Of a stretch of DNA of 64,000 bases, positions 15,197 through 29,100 are shown one piece after another. The position numbers and the translations under genes were made by a program. Position 1 is the stretch's first letter; each line of letters starts with the position of its first letter. Source of the stretch: Balanoglossus misakiensis. Lineage: Eukaryota; Animalia; Hemichordata. The notes beneath the pieces are model-generated. The model saw nothing but the letters and a program-made list of their open reading frames with translations, was not told the DNA's origin and searched no databases. The stretch covers positions 6,880,849 through 6,944,848 of the forward strand of contig CM082583.2 in assembly GCA_040954595.2 (NCBI GenBank). The letters are read 5' to 3'.

Positions 15197-18100
15197 AGTA
15201 AATCAAAGAAAGTGACAGGATCGTCAGGAGCAAAAGTGACCGGCTTAAATGCCAGGAGAAGTGAAACTTGCCGAGAGAAAGCGAACTCACACTGTAGGAC
15301 TCGAACTCAGGAGAATAATACATCCTCATGTAATGGCCTACATGACTCATCGTATGGGAAGTCGGCCACTGTTAATGGGGAAACAACAGTAGAGAGCAGT
15401 AGGAATACTTCATGCAAGGAATTGAGCAGCCAGAAGACAGTGGGGAAACACCCGAAGGCCGGCAACAACAAGATGGATAACTTGCTGATGATTGTCCCGG
15501 AGTACAGCCGCCCGCAAAACCTTGGCCTGCACAACGGATCCGTCGATTCTTCCGACGATGTGATTGTGGAAAACTGCGACCCTTTCGAGAATGGGTTGAG
15601 CATTTCTACCTGTGACACGTTTGCCATGGAGGCTGCTGCCATGGAAACGGGGAGCGGTGGCGTGGAGGAGGGCGGGATGGTGCAGGGCGGCAACGGCGTC
15701 GACGACAGCACCCAAAACTTGCCCATCCCAATTGACACCGGTATGATCGTGGAAATATGCGAGGATGTTGAGGGGATCCTTGAAGGGAGTATAGATGAGG
15801 AAAATCACGATTTTGGATACATGTCGTACGCGCATAACTTCGGTGCTGATGCGGTGATCAACGAAAACGAGGCGGATGTTGCCCTGGTAACGGTGACCAG
15901 CGACGAGCAGGATACAGATAACGGCGCCCAGACACCGGAGAACGCGACCAGGTTGAATGCGAACATTAACAGTGCTACGTACAGTGTGCACTCGGGATAC
16001 AGCCCCAAAGTGAAAGCGTGCCTGCAACAGAAACACAGCCCCAAGCCGGGGAAGTCGAGTCCCAAGGGCAGGAAGGGAAAAGAGAAGCTGCTGACTCCGT
16101 CTATTGAGAAAATCGCGAACGCCACCAGCGCGGAGACGGCGGTGAACGCAGAGAGCCATTTGCATCATGGGATTAAAACGCCGAGCAAAGGTGCGAAGGG
16201 AAAGGGTAAACCTGCGGAGAAAACAACGCTCACAAAAGACTGTAGTTCTGTAAAGAAACCTCCTGTCAAAGGCTCCAAAAAGGGAATTTCATCCAAGCAG
16301 GCCAAGTCTGCGGAGAAAGAACACCAGAAAACTAAATCGAAGTCAGCCGGTCTGAAAGGAAACGAAAGTCTAACAACTGCCAAAGGTTCAAAATCTAAAA
16401 AACAATTGACTGAAGACTGTACAACGTCGTCATCGTCGTCTGCTACTGCTAAAAAAGATTCTAAATCTAAAAAGGTTAAGAACACCTGCAAGGAAAAAAG
16501 TGTTGGCAAATTATCAAAGGCAGCGAAATCAAAGTCAAATGCCCGAAAGGTGGCACATATACTCAAACACAAAAAAGTGACCGACAGGACTAAACAGCCA
16601 TCAAAGAAGCAGCAGAAAAATTCAGTGGAAATGTGTAGATCGCAAGGATGTAATCCTGATATAGAAATGATTTCCATCCCGGAAACAAACAGGACTAAGG
16701 CGAAAACGCCTAAGCCGAGAAACAAGAAAACAAAGCCAGAGACACAGACACTGCTAGCTTTGTCAGAACAGAAGTTCAAACACAAGTTGGAATCTGACAA
16801 CACCAAGGGGAACAGTCTGCCAAAAAAGTCAATGAAAGCGAAAAGGAAAGCAAAAGTACACTCTCCGAAGAAGAGGAACAATGATAAAACGTCAGATCTT
16901 GTCATGGAAAAGCATGGTGAAAACCTATTTACGTCGTTGTCTGTTTCGATAGAATCTGACAAACTGCCGAACGAGCTTCCACAGAACCAATCAGGGACGG
17001 GCGAAAAGTCAAAGTCGAGGAAAAGGAAGAGGAAGCACCTTGATGACAATGAAAACATAACGGTGGATTTAATTGCTGTGGAGTCGTTGAAAGCGATGAC
17101 TGTTCCGACGGAGGGCCACGTCCCCGCGCAAAGCGCCCCCGTGGCACCTCCAGTGAAAACGAAAAGGGGGAGACCGAAAAAGAAAGTCACCAAGGAATCT
17201 GCGACGACAAAGTGCAGCTCTGTGCCGAATGTGATCGACGTGTCAGGCCCAGTCCAAACTCCTATGTGCAGTCCATCCGGTTCTGTGACAGGTAGAATTA
17301 AGAAACCGGTGAACACTGTCAGGAAGTCACTGCCAAATACTGAGGGGATCGCCGGGCCGCAGCCTGCCTGTGTCAAGGACAGGTCCAGTGAACTCGCTCC
17401 CAAGTCGTCCCGGAAGAGGAAGAGGGATAGCGCAGAGGCTGAGCAGACCGAACTGTCCGTGGAAAACGCCCACGTCGGGCAGGCGTCCAATCATCAGACG
17501 AGCATGTCCAGTGCTTCCAGTGCCAGTACACAGACAGTAGGTGTGATGACAAGCAATATTCCCAGTACTCAAGAACCGCCCAAGGTGTGCCTGAAGGAGA
17601 TCGCCGTGCAGACAGACGAGTCCAGTCTCTCGTATTTCAGTCACAGTATGAGGAGGTACAAGAAGATGAAGAAGTCGAGAGAGTACAGCAAGAAGAGCTT
17701 CAGCACGAAACTTATCCGGCCGCGCACGTTCGGCTTCGAGAGACTGTCGCCGGTAGAGCCCCTGGCCCCGCCGCCGGACTTCCCCTCGCATTCGAAACAG
17801 AAAGAGCAGACGCCGTCGCCACAGAGCGAAACGACGTGTGCCAGCGAGGAAACGTTGTTCAGTGACAGTGGCATCGGCACGGATAACAACAGTAATTCTG
17901 ACCATTCAGTGGACAAACAGGGACACAGTCGGCGGAAGACGATTTCTTCGACGGGATCGGACATCCTGAGTGACATCGTGGAGCCGGACATGTCGGACCT
18001 GACGACGGCAGCGTCATTCAGCGCGCAACACAGCAAAGATCACTCGGTCGACAAACACCACAAGCACAAGCAGCATCACGTGAAAAAGAAACACAAGCAT

Positions 18101-20103
18101 TTGAGACCGATCCACGAGATCGACCCGGCGCTCCAGCTGGAGTTGGACGCGCTGTTGGGGCACTTCAAGAATCTGCGAATCTCGAAAATGCACAAGCACA
18201 AGCTGATGAGCGGCAGAATCGGCTCGTCGCTCCCGAGGAACCACCTGAGCACGATCGCCAAGCTGAACACTTGCTACAGCACCTACTTGAGGCCGCGCCA
18301 CCACGCCTCCTGGTCCACCCACAAAATCAAGAAGGCCAAACACAAGCGGAACCGCAAGATGAAGGAGAAGCTGAAGGCGCTGGCCAGGAAGGAGTTGAAA
18401 GCGCTGAGGAAGGGAAAGAAGAAACGGAAGAGGAAAGAGAAAGTGGCCAGCCTGTGGACGGAGCAGATCGAGACTGTGGAAGTTCTTCAGGCGGTTGAAG
18501 TGTTCGAACAGCCCGTCTTCAAGGAGGACGGTTTCCTCCGAGAGGCCAGTATCGACATCTCGTCGGCGGACGGCATCGACGATGCCATCAACGCCTGCAT
18601 TGCCAAGTTTGTCAGCGACAATGGGAAACCACTGCCCCTGTCGTCTCCTGCTGATAGCCACGGCAGAAGAGGTCGAGTATGCGAGACAGTGTGTGCACCC
18701 TTCGCTGTATTCACCAACAGTATGTCACCTTTCGATGGCGATGACCTTGGGAAGGAAACTCCCAGAGGTCATAAACCGAGTGGGAAATCAAAGAAGAAAT
18801 CGGGTTTCGAACATCCGAAAGAAGGGAAGAACTACCCAATCAAGGATATGAAGTTAGCCAAGCATAGCCGAGGAAACAAAAGATTAGATTGCGAGATTAC
18901 CGCGGAAGTTGCAAATCAAGAGAAAGGGATTCATGCGACGAACTGTCCACCCACAGGTTTTACGTCGTGCGAGAACGTGGCGAAGAAGGCCGAGAAGAAA
19001 CTCAATCCACAGAAATGTAAACAAAACACTGCCAAGACGAGAAAGTCTGACTCGTGGTGCGAGACAGATGCAGAAGTGCTGCCAGGTGCGAGCGAGACCT
19101 CCACGGAGGAGTCGGAGTTGTTGGACACGTCGAAGAGTTCTGTGGACGATGCAATTGAGTTGTGTATCCAGAAATATGCCGACGGAACGCCCGAGAGCGA
19201 CAGTCTCAGCGACGATGACGACGATGACTGTTACGAGGGCCCCAGTGATGACTTCTTCGCCGGGTACGTGGACAGTTCGGACAGCGATGAACCGCTGTCC
19301 AAAATCCGAGAGCAGAGCCAGCGTCTGCAGAGGTACCAACAGCAGGCGCAGACTTTGGATCAGTTGGGCCCCGTCGACGAAGCAATCGAGGCGTGCTTGA
19401 AGAAGTACACAGGGGACATATCACATTCCAAGCCACACACACAGAGTACAGAGCAGTCGACGGAAAAATCGAAAGACGGGAGAGAGAAGGAAAAGAGACG
19501 GAAGCACTCCACTTCCGGCACATCTAAAAGCAAGATGCCAACTGCAGAGGTAGAATTAGAATCAGACAGTGAGGAAGTATTGGCCAGTTTCATTGAAAGG
19601 CATATCATTCCACAGCCTGGTCTGGAAACCAAGGCGAAGAAAGCTAAGGGCAACACCACAGGTAGGACAAAAAATTACACACATCCCGTGAAATCAAGGA
19701 CTAAACAGAGTGCCAGGAGACAGCAGAGTAAGAAACTGTTGTCCAGCGCGTTGCAGCGGCAAAGACTGGCCATCAAAAAGTCAAAGCTCGATCAGGGAAG
19801 GACTCTCGAGGAAAGGAGTAAAGAGAACCGTTGCGAAAAGCTGAGAGAATTGGAAGCACAAACTCACGAGATGGCGAGGAGAGATGATGTTGCGGAGCAG
19901 CAGGAGGATGGGGTGATTGATGCCATCAACACGGTCGTCAAGAGGGCCCAAGGGTGCGGTAAAACACCAAAGAGCGAAGCCAAGGCCGCTAAGCCTAAAT
20001 TGAGCTCCAGTGTGAAACGGAAAAAGGAAATTAAAGGTGCCGAAATCCCCCGGAAGAGGCTCAAAGTGCAAAATCCTGCCGGTGTAAACAAGCTCAAGAA
20101 AGG
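15197..20103 (+). CDS. ASH1L: ASH1L giant exon (4907 nt), K/S-rich disordered N-terminal region
   Basis: ORF 15191-20107. Acceptor ttgcag|AGT, donor AGG|gtgagt (phase 2). Contains AT-hook [18 protein letters not shown] and [21 protein letters not shown] motifs like those of ASH1L. Confidence 0.93.
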
Positions 20104-23100
20104 GTGAGTATAAATTCATAATGAGGATGTTTTTAATGATCCCAAGCTTTGCCTGAAGGTCGTGTAGGAGCAGGGAAATCTGCTGATATTAATAATTTAA
20201 AAGCCCAGGGAAGCCTTGGAAAGCTTTTATCAATAACAAGCGACGTTTAAAGCTGTTTCAAAACATGTTATTGACAAGATACGCTGCAGTATAGGTAACT
20301 TACAGTGTACATGTATATTACATGCACAGTACACCAATCAGCAAGTTATCTATTATGAGCATGTTGTCCCCACTAGGCAAGTAATCGATGGGCATTATAC
20401 TTGTGTACACAGGCTGATAGTTGTTACATAGGGGATAGCACAGATAGAGATAGATCGTAACACATGCTTAAACAATTTTAACCGAGAGAGAGAGAATGAG
20501 ATATTGCGAGGGTGCTCTTGCAGATAATTTGTCAAAATTGATGCCTGCAAGGCACCGATCAGCAACAACACACACACCCGCAGGCGATAGCTTCTGCCGC
20601 GCTGGCTGAACGGTCAGTTGGACAGAGAGGCTGAGTAATCTGCCTGTCACGGAGTTAATGAGTTAGATTAACTGCTGTCAAAGCGTGGAAGGGAGACCAC
20701 AAATCACTATCCGACGACTTCTGCTAATGTTGACTGATTTCGAACATTTTATTGATTATCTGGGGGCCACGGGGGGAATGAGACTTCATTTAGTTTTTAT
20801 GATGGCTTTATTAAGATCCCGACTTTAAAGAGCAGAGTGATTATATCATAAATTAATTGCCTTGGATGTTTGCTTGCCTGTGTAATGGGGATATAATGAA
20901 AATGCCAGAGAAAGCTGACACGTGGAGGCAAACTGCTAATAGAATTGCCAGACGATTTAAGAGCCCCAAGTGCTGATTGCAGACTGCAATGAAATTATAT
21001 TAGACACAGCAACCACCTGGTTACCCTGCAAGGAATGCTCCAAAGGGTTCAGTGTGGGTCACACGCTAATGTCACTGACTTACATGTATAGCACCACATC
21101 AACGTTACTGCACTCGGGGAAAATCAAGGAATTTGAAACCACCCGTGGAAAGTCCTTGAAAAGTCCAGGGAAAGAACAAAATTTAATTCTGCAAAGTCCA
21201 GGAAAATTGATTTAGCCATACTTCTTAACAATTTTATGAGCTGTGTTTTATACAGAATGTTGCACTAAATATCATTAAATTAACCGTGTTTTCAACTAGA
21301 ATAACTTCCTTGCTGGAGTCAAACTATTGTAACTTATAGATGCTGTAGATGGGCAATTTTGCCAAACTTGCGTGTTACAGTAAAATATTTAATTCGCTAC
21401 TCATGAAGTTAAATGAAAATAGCCAGAGGCAAAAATGCCTTAATGCGATCTTTGAAATGTGATCGAAATAAAGAAGTATCAAGCCTCAAGTAATTATCAT
21501 TCAATGAAGCAGTCTTGCTAAAAATTCTCGTAGGAATTCTTGTTGAATCAATATCACTGTAAATATTGATAGTGTACCATACATTCTGCAAATATCAGAT
21601 CTGATGGTAGTTAATCAGATGGATTGAGTTTAAACTTACAGAGTGATGTTGCCTTCATTTCTGACAAAGTTATAAACTGTTACTGTAATAAATGATTTTA
21701 ACTGGGTTTTATCTGTCAGAGACATTGGTTTATTTATGTGTGATGGTTCTTCCCAGCCAGCCAGAGACCGACCACTGCATGTCTAATGTGATAATTTAGT
21801 ATTAATGTGTTTATGGTGACAGTTGATTGAAAGCCCTGGTTCAGCAACAGGCATTCTTCAGTGTTCCACAGCTTCAGTCAGTGAATTAGGAATGAATGAA
21901 TGAACGAATGAATGAATGAAGTTCAATGAAGAAACAAGACATGGAAAATAGTAAGCCCCTCTCTATCTTTTCTGTTTTACCTGTCAACAGTGCCAAATCA
22001 AGCAGTCCAAAAACATATCAGAACAGCAAGAAATCCAGCGGAGCAAAAGAACCCAAGAACAAGGGAGAAAAGAAGTCGCAAACCAAGAAACAAGAGCCAA
22101 GTCTACCCAGGAAGAAGTTCTGGAAGGCCGGGATTTACTCGGACGCATTTAAACAGGACGTGTAAGTGACAAATCTACACATGGATTAATGAGCAATGCA
22201 GTGTAGTTGGAGATGCTCTCATGAAGTTAAGATGGATCTGTCGATAAAGAAAGCTCTCAAGCATAAAGCTTGATAAGGAATGCTGACAGTTAGTATCGAA
22301 GTGATGGTGTTGTAATTTGCTTTGCAAACAGAACAAATGGGTGGCTGTTTCACCTCATTGCTCATCAAAATACCGATGAGACACACACACTCTCTCTCTC
22401 TCTCTCCCTGCTGGGGAAAGACATGAGATTAATGAGATGCTAGTCACACAGAGTCTTAAAACTGTTGGAAAAGTACAACAGACTGGCTCTAGAAACAGTC
22501 TGGGCTCAATGGTCGGTTTTGGAGATTAAAAAAATGTGAGACTGGCATTAATAGGGGTGGTAAAACTTAGTCTGTGGTTGATTGTAGAAATTCAGATCAT
22601 GAATCAAGGGAGTTTAAGAGGCTGGTACGTATTACAGTCATTGCAGAATGTTCCAGCCAGATGGATAATTATAGAATGAATGATCATCACTTGAAACAAA
22701 TAAGGCTTGCACACACACAGGTGGTATTTGTGTAGGGAGACAAGTCAGGTCCATTAAAAAATTGTAACAACATGACTGGGTCAGCCTAATGTCAATCAAT
22801 TTCTCATGTATTCAGAAAAGCCTGTTGAGTCATATCGTTTGACCTGGTAGGCATGACCTCATGCAGTGAATTGTGGGTACCAGGATAGCTGCTTTAAAAT
22901 GGCTGCCGAGCTTTTAAGTCGCCTCTAATTGACATATGCCAATATATAGTTAAAGGGGCACTGCCTAAATTTTCTAGGGACCATATAATGGTAGACTTAA
23001 AGTCCATTTTTCATGGGGCCGCCTATTAAAGTGAAAATCGGTGATTTACTAAAAATCCACCTTCTGTGGTAACTATTGCTAAATTTACATATTAGGTGAC

Positions 23101-26100
23101 CATATAAATTTTAGTCTGTGAAGTTTTTGTATATCTCATATATGCTGATGTCCAGTAATTCAGGGAGTATAAGACTTAGTGTAATTTCCAGAATCTTAGA
23201 GGTCCTTGTTATGGTGGTGGTATTAACCCACCACTGTATGGGATTATGGTATTTCTCCAGGGCTTTTTCCTGTAAATCATTTTGTTAATATTCCCAGTTG
23301 TTCGGTATTCTGAGTGGCAAATGTAGAAATCTCACTATTGTAAATTTTAGTGTGAAAATTAAAATGATATATGTGAAGAAACATATTCAAGTACGACAAG
23401 CATACGTCATAAACAGAAATTGGGTAGTCAGGATTTTTTTTGCAGTTTCTTATAATAGCCCGGATTCTGTCTCTCAACACCAATGTAGGTGTAGGCAGCA
23501 TAGCCCGGGAGGCAAATGCCACACTGAGTGTAAAGTGACATTCAGAACTCGGGATGGCAATTTCCTGTTGACATTTGAATTGCTCTCTCGGAGAATTCTA
23601 TCTTGCAATTGAAAAGTTCAATCTTCCCAGCCCCGGAGATTTTTCCCTCCTCTTTTTTTTTTTTTCTCCGTCGTTGAAAATTGGAAAAACCCATTAGCTC
23701 TTTGAAATTGAGATCAAGCTGCAGAGTGGAACCCAATAGCTGGTAACTCAATTCTGTTTTGTCGCGAGTCGAAAGCACACCTGTAGCCAATTGCAGTTTT
23801 TCGAGTGTCTGACCCCACCGGCGGTGGGCTGACCTGCTGTAAATGTGTAGAGTGGAGAGAAAAATTAAACGCTGCGCCGAAACCAATTTGTCATTTGCTT
23901 GCTTGAGGTGAGGCAGGGATTTTTATGGTGCTTCAGTGCAGGTCAGCTTGGTAATATCGAACGCATTTATAGTCAGTGCTCGGTATTACCAGAGGTCAGG
24001 GATTGCAACCTTACGTTTAGGGTCAAAGGTCAGCCAATCACGTATGAGCTCGTTTAAAGTGAAAGTAAACCCTCTTGTGAGTGTTTCAAACCTGTTTGTG
24101 AATTTATTTTCATTTCTTTCTAAAAACATCATTCATCTACAACAACATTTTGTGCCTACATCAGGGGTGTATCAAATGGCAGTAGCTCAGACTTTTGTAT
24201 CTGAAGGATTTCAAATCCCTCATGAAAATTTCAAATTTTCCATTAAAAAAAGGGGAAAGAGGCAGTCTCCCCCACTCTGGGATCTGGGATGGGAGCATCA
24301 TTAAGGGACCTGTGAGAGGGAAAACATGGCTGTCTAGTAACATTTCAGGGTTTTCTTTGATCATTTCAGACCCAAAGGCAAAAAGAACGGTCTCGTCAAA
24401 GGTGACACTGAAGAAAAAGAGGAGCAGAATCAACACGAGTACGGAATGTTCCCAGCACCAATTCATGTCGGTGAGTAAACCTGTTTAATTTCGTGATCAG
24501 CGAGAGTATACTTTATACCCCCAGAACATTCCGCCTTCACAAAAACAATTTTAATCTTGGCTCTACTTGGGTAGCTCAAGTGGTTTCTGCAGGGAAATTA
24601 GCGGACCTTTTGTGTGCTGCCGACAAAAGATAGTCCAAGTGTTATTTTCATCATATGATCCTCCATTTCAGGGCAATTCATATCAGAAAACACTGAATTC
24701 AGTATTCTCTTGAAAAAAGAACACCTTTGAGGTCAACTTTAGATTAAATAGATGTTTTACAGATCGGCAAATATATTCCTGAGCAATGTGCAAGGGAGCC
24801 TGGCTGGACATCTAGCTGTCAGACCAAGGTGGCTTTTAGCAAGCTATGAAATGACAGATAACTTCCTTCGACTGATAACTCCTTTTAAAAGATTACCCTC
24901 ATTTGGGTTGTGATGTCATTGCTGCCCTTAAATTCATGACCCGAGTCTTCCTTATCAAAAATTATTGTGATGGAGTTTTTTTTAAAAACAAGCCAAAATG
25001 AGTACTTCATATTGTGTAACATCGTCTTATTTATTGAGCTTCATGTGTGAGATTTCGTGGAGCAAATAATTGTCTCTCACGATGCCAACTATGTTTCATG
25101 GTTGCCATGACTACAACACACCTCAGTATAGTGGCCAGCGTGTGAAAACAGGAAAAGCAGCAAAATGGTGCATTTCTTGACACTTAGTCCCTGGAAACAT
25201 TAAACTGAGCGGTGTAATAGATTAATGTGCATGTACCGCGGGGGAAAGCCAAGCGGTGGGGGCCGTATTACAACTGCCATCGACTGAACCTTAGAATTCA
25301 TGGTGATTGGAACTTTACACAAGTGGCTTTAAGATGATTAAATCGAGCCAACCACTCCAGCAGTAGCTCTTTGATTGCTTATAGGTGTGAGTCACGTCCT
25401 AATGACTCAACTCTCCCTCTCTATTTAAAACAAAATGGACTCCTTTTTACCCAATAAAAGGGGGGAACTGTTCAGTGAAATGGTACAATTTTAAGAATAC
25501 GGAAATCATGAACTGTAATTTTCAGAAAAGTGATAATGCTAACTACTGCTGGTTTGGATTGAATGAGGAGATTTGAAATTGGCATTAGGAGGAAAAAATC
25601 TGAAATTGACAGCAAATAAAAAATTCAAGTGATAACTTTATTTTGTGAGAGTAACATAATGCAATAGTAATAGAGCCACTTGGATTTAATCTTTAAATTG
25701 ATTTTCCTGTAATGGTTCTCAACTGAACAACACAGAAGGTACCACTCAAAAAATAGGCCTTCTTGGTTTGATTAACATGATAGAGACTGCCAGTGGTGGT
25801 ATAAAAAATTCAGCACTAAAGAAGGCGGTGTCCTTTTAGCAATTACAATTATCCACTCATGATTGTGGAAAGAAAGAATGTATTATGTCTGTTTGATTTG
25901 TCTTATATAATGATATAAGAGCATCGTTCTTCATTTTTGATGTGAAATCATTTTGGAAAAGTCAGGAGACATTTTAGCAGTTCAAGTGATTTTATTTTTT
26001 GATATCTTGCGTTTTTTGTGTGCTGAACAGGTTGTCAGCCAATTTAATGTAAAATACCGGGAAATTTTGCTTAATTGAGATTTTCCTAGAGCTATGAAAG

Positions 26101-29100
26101 CAAAATTGTTGTCTTATGTTTGGGGAAAAAAATTGCTGTATATTGTAACCTGACTGTGATATAGAATACCATCAATACATGAGGTGATTCAACTGTGAGT
26201 TGTGTATCTTGTAATTTTCCAGCATATCATGGAGGATATAGCACTACCAAATTAAATTTCTGCTGCGGCAAACAAGCTTGAAAAAATTACCAAACAGTGA
26301 CATCTGTTGTTTGGGCTTCAATATATGACACAAAATTGAATTTGGTCTGTCATTTTCTCAGTGTTTTGTTCACGAACCAGATTTTAATGAGTTAATGTTT
26401 GGTCGAGGTTCTTACACCTGGCCTCATCAAGAATGCATTCTCTAGTTAATAACATCAGACTGCATCAGGCCTTGATACGGAACGGGTAAAATAATCAATG
26501 TGAGTTTTTCGGAAAATTGAGGTGATGTCGGAAATTGATCCAGTGATATGTGATCTCTGTTGGCCATGTTTTTTTTGCTCGTGGCTGTGACCACTGAAGA
26601 AGAAAACCACAGACATGGAAAGATGTGGTTTTTGAATTTTTAAAGACTGGTAAAAAGTTGGGAAAATATGTCGTTTCTAGAACCTGCTGGGCATACAGGA
26701 CAAAAATTGAAATCCAATATTAATGGGAAGCATTAAGGCTGTTTCCACTTTCTAAAAGCTGTTGCCCATGTTTAAAAATTTCTCTGATAATAATTGTGTC
26801 ATTTAAAAAAAATAGCTGCGAGGCACAATTGTTAGTTTTCATCAGAGGTTTGAGTTTCTTTCGTCAAAGTAATGACCACGAGACTCTGTACGATGAAAAT
26901 TTCTCGGTTACATTCTATTAAATATGCCCTGGTTACGTACAGCCAAAATTTACTTCAAAACATGCTTGCAATTATCGCACACTTGAGACAGAATTGAGGT
27001 AGCACCGATGGCCTGGTAATTGACTCTTGAAGAAGCCATATCTGTCATTGTCAGCCAAGCAGGGCCCATCAGAGGGACTAGTGTATTTCATTGTATGTTT
27101 GCTTTCGATTATGCGTCTGAAAGATAAAGAGTAGCCAACCTGAAATACGGTCGAGTCAGAATTTCAATGCTCTTAATGTCTCTGTCTGCATCTGTATCCA
27201 CAGGGAAATATTTACGAGAGAAGCGACTGGACTTCCAACTACCTTTCGACATCTGGTGGCTTTACGATAATGATAAACTTGCACCCAAGAACGACTCCAG
27301 TAAATACAAGAAGATCAGGACGAGTAAGTGAACTGTTAACTTTTTGACAACTACATGTAGTATGGTAGATTAATAAAAAGGCACTTTTCACAGTTCATGT
27401 CGCTGATCTCAGACACAGAATGTGATCGTCACCATCTTGTCTGTTGTTAGGCCAGCACACTGCCAGTGCCTTATGGCATTGACTGTGTAGAACTTTTGTA
27501 ACCAGAGTCTCTGGTTTGGCACATGCGCATAAGAGGATCGTCGCCCTTTAACAAAGTTCTAAATAGTTGTAACGGTGCACACCATATTTCTAGGACCTCT
27601 GACTCGTTCATATGTATATTGATTAGCAGGTTAAATTTGTCAGAGTTGACTAGTTCCAGACATGACTGAATACGTGACTGTTCAACAAAGCGTGCACGGC
27701 ATTTCCCTGTGCACCACCTACAATTTGTCATCGTCACAACATCATTCAGAAATTGCAGCCCCCGACATTTTATTTGCGACCTTTAATCGCAATAAGGCGG
27801 GAACCCACACATGTTTTTTCAGTTCTGATCAAATATGAAGTATTAAAAAAAATACACCAGAATTAGATACTGAAATGTCAGTGGACATCTCAGGACTACA
27901 TCTCTCTCATTACACGTCTAATTAAAGTGATATCGCTGAATGCGAAACTGGAGAGGGCATCAAAGGGACTCTTGCCTTACAATGTTGTTTGCACAATAAT
28001 TTGATACCAATTCTTGTCCATGAAATTCAATTAAAGTGATTATATTTCGTGTAACACAACACGGGGCCAAAGATTCACCTGTGTTCGTGTGGAGTATTAA
28101 AATTTACCAATGCTGCAGTTGGCTGAATGCATGTCGGACGTCTCCCCCAGGGACTGATTACGAAATGAAATTGTACATGTGTACTGTAATGGGATTTGCT
28201 TTATTTATGCTATGCTGTATTGAGCGCGTATAATGACCAAGTCATGAACAGTGATCTCATTTCGCCGACTGAGTTTATCTGCGTGATTATATTTACATGT
28301 TTCAGAGGAGAGTGAATGATGAAAGTAAATCAGGCAAATTACACAAACAGCTGGGTGGACTGCAGAACAGGCTCATAGAAACATAGAATTGTTGATTTTT
28401 TTTAAAAGTCTGTTCGGTGATTTCCCTGCTCTTATTCCGGTAACTGTACCATACTCAGATGTCGCAATCAGTGTGTATTAAAAGTTGAAATTACACATAG
28501 GGAGATGCAATTGGTCAGACTTCTGCATGTAACATGACCCAAGAAGGAGGATTGGATATACTGCGTCATCTGTACAAGTCATGTGTTTTGTGTCAAATTT
28601 ACATTATTCGCCCCTGGTCTTGTCGAATTCGATATTTCTCGATCCGTGCGCGACAAAACAGTTCAACCAACAGCAAGAAGATGGTATTTCTAATTAAAGA
28701 ATAAATGAATTAATTGTTAATGGGATATCAGTTCGATTGACGCCCATGCTGTCAACGTATCAACATTATGCTGCCCGCTGTCATGGCACTCAATGTGCCA
28801 TAAGCCTTGTAGGCAATTGGAAAACTGATCCCTGATGTACCCTGATGTACTCAGCTGTTGATTTTGATGAATTACAGCAGGCAAAACTCTGCACATTTGA
28901 AATATTTAAAAATAAAGCCTAATCTAATGGGTCTGTCTGTTTTTCTCGTCCCATTATGACAATTCGTGTTTCTGTCTTTCCTTTCACAATCAGGCTTAAA
29001 TTCTGTTGAAAGACTCCCTGCAGATCCAAGATGGCTGAAAAGCTCTGAATTTTTTCTACGCCATTTTCAATATTTCAAGCGTCATATGTAATCTTCATTC

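Noticed and set aside
16165-17490. 441-aa minus-strand ORF and other long antisense or alternate-frame ORFs at 15307-20119
   Set aside because: Shadows of the biased K/S-rich ASH1L giant exon; F/L/S-rich with no motifs.
21040-21215. ggaaaagtc/ggaattt-rich stretch resembling a DNA-transposon end
   Set aside because: No matching second end or TSD found.
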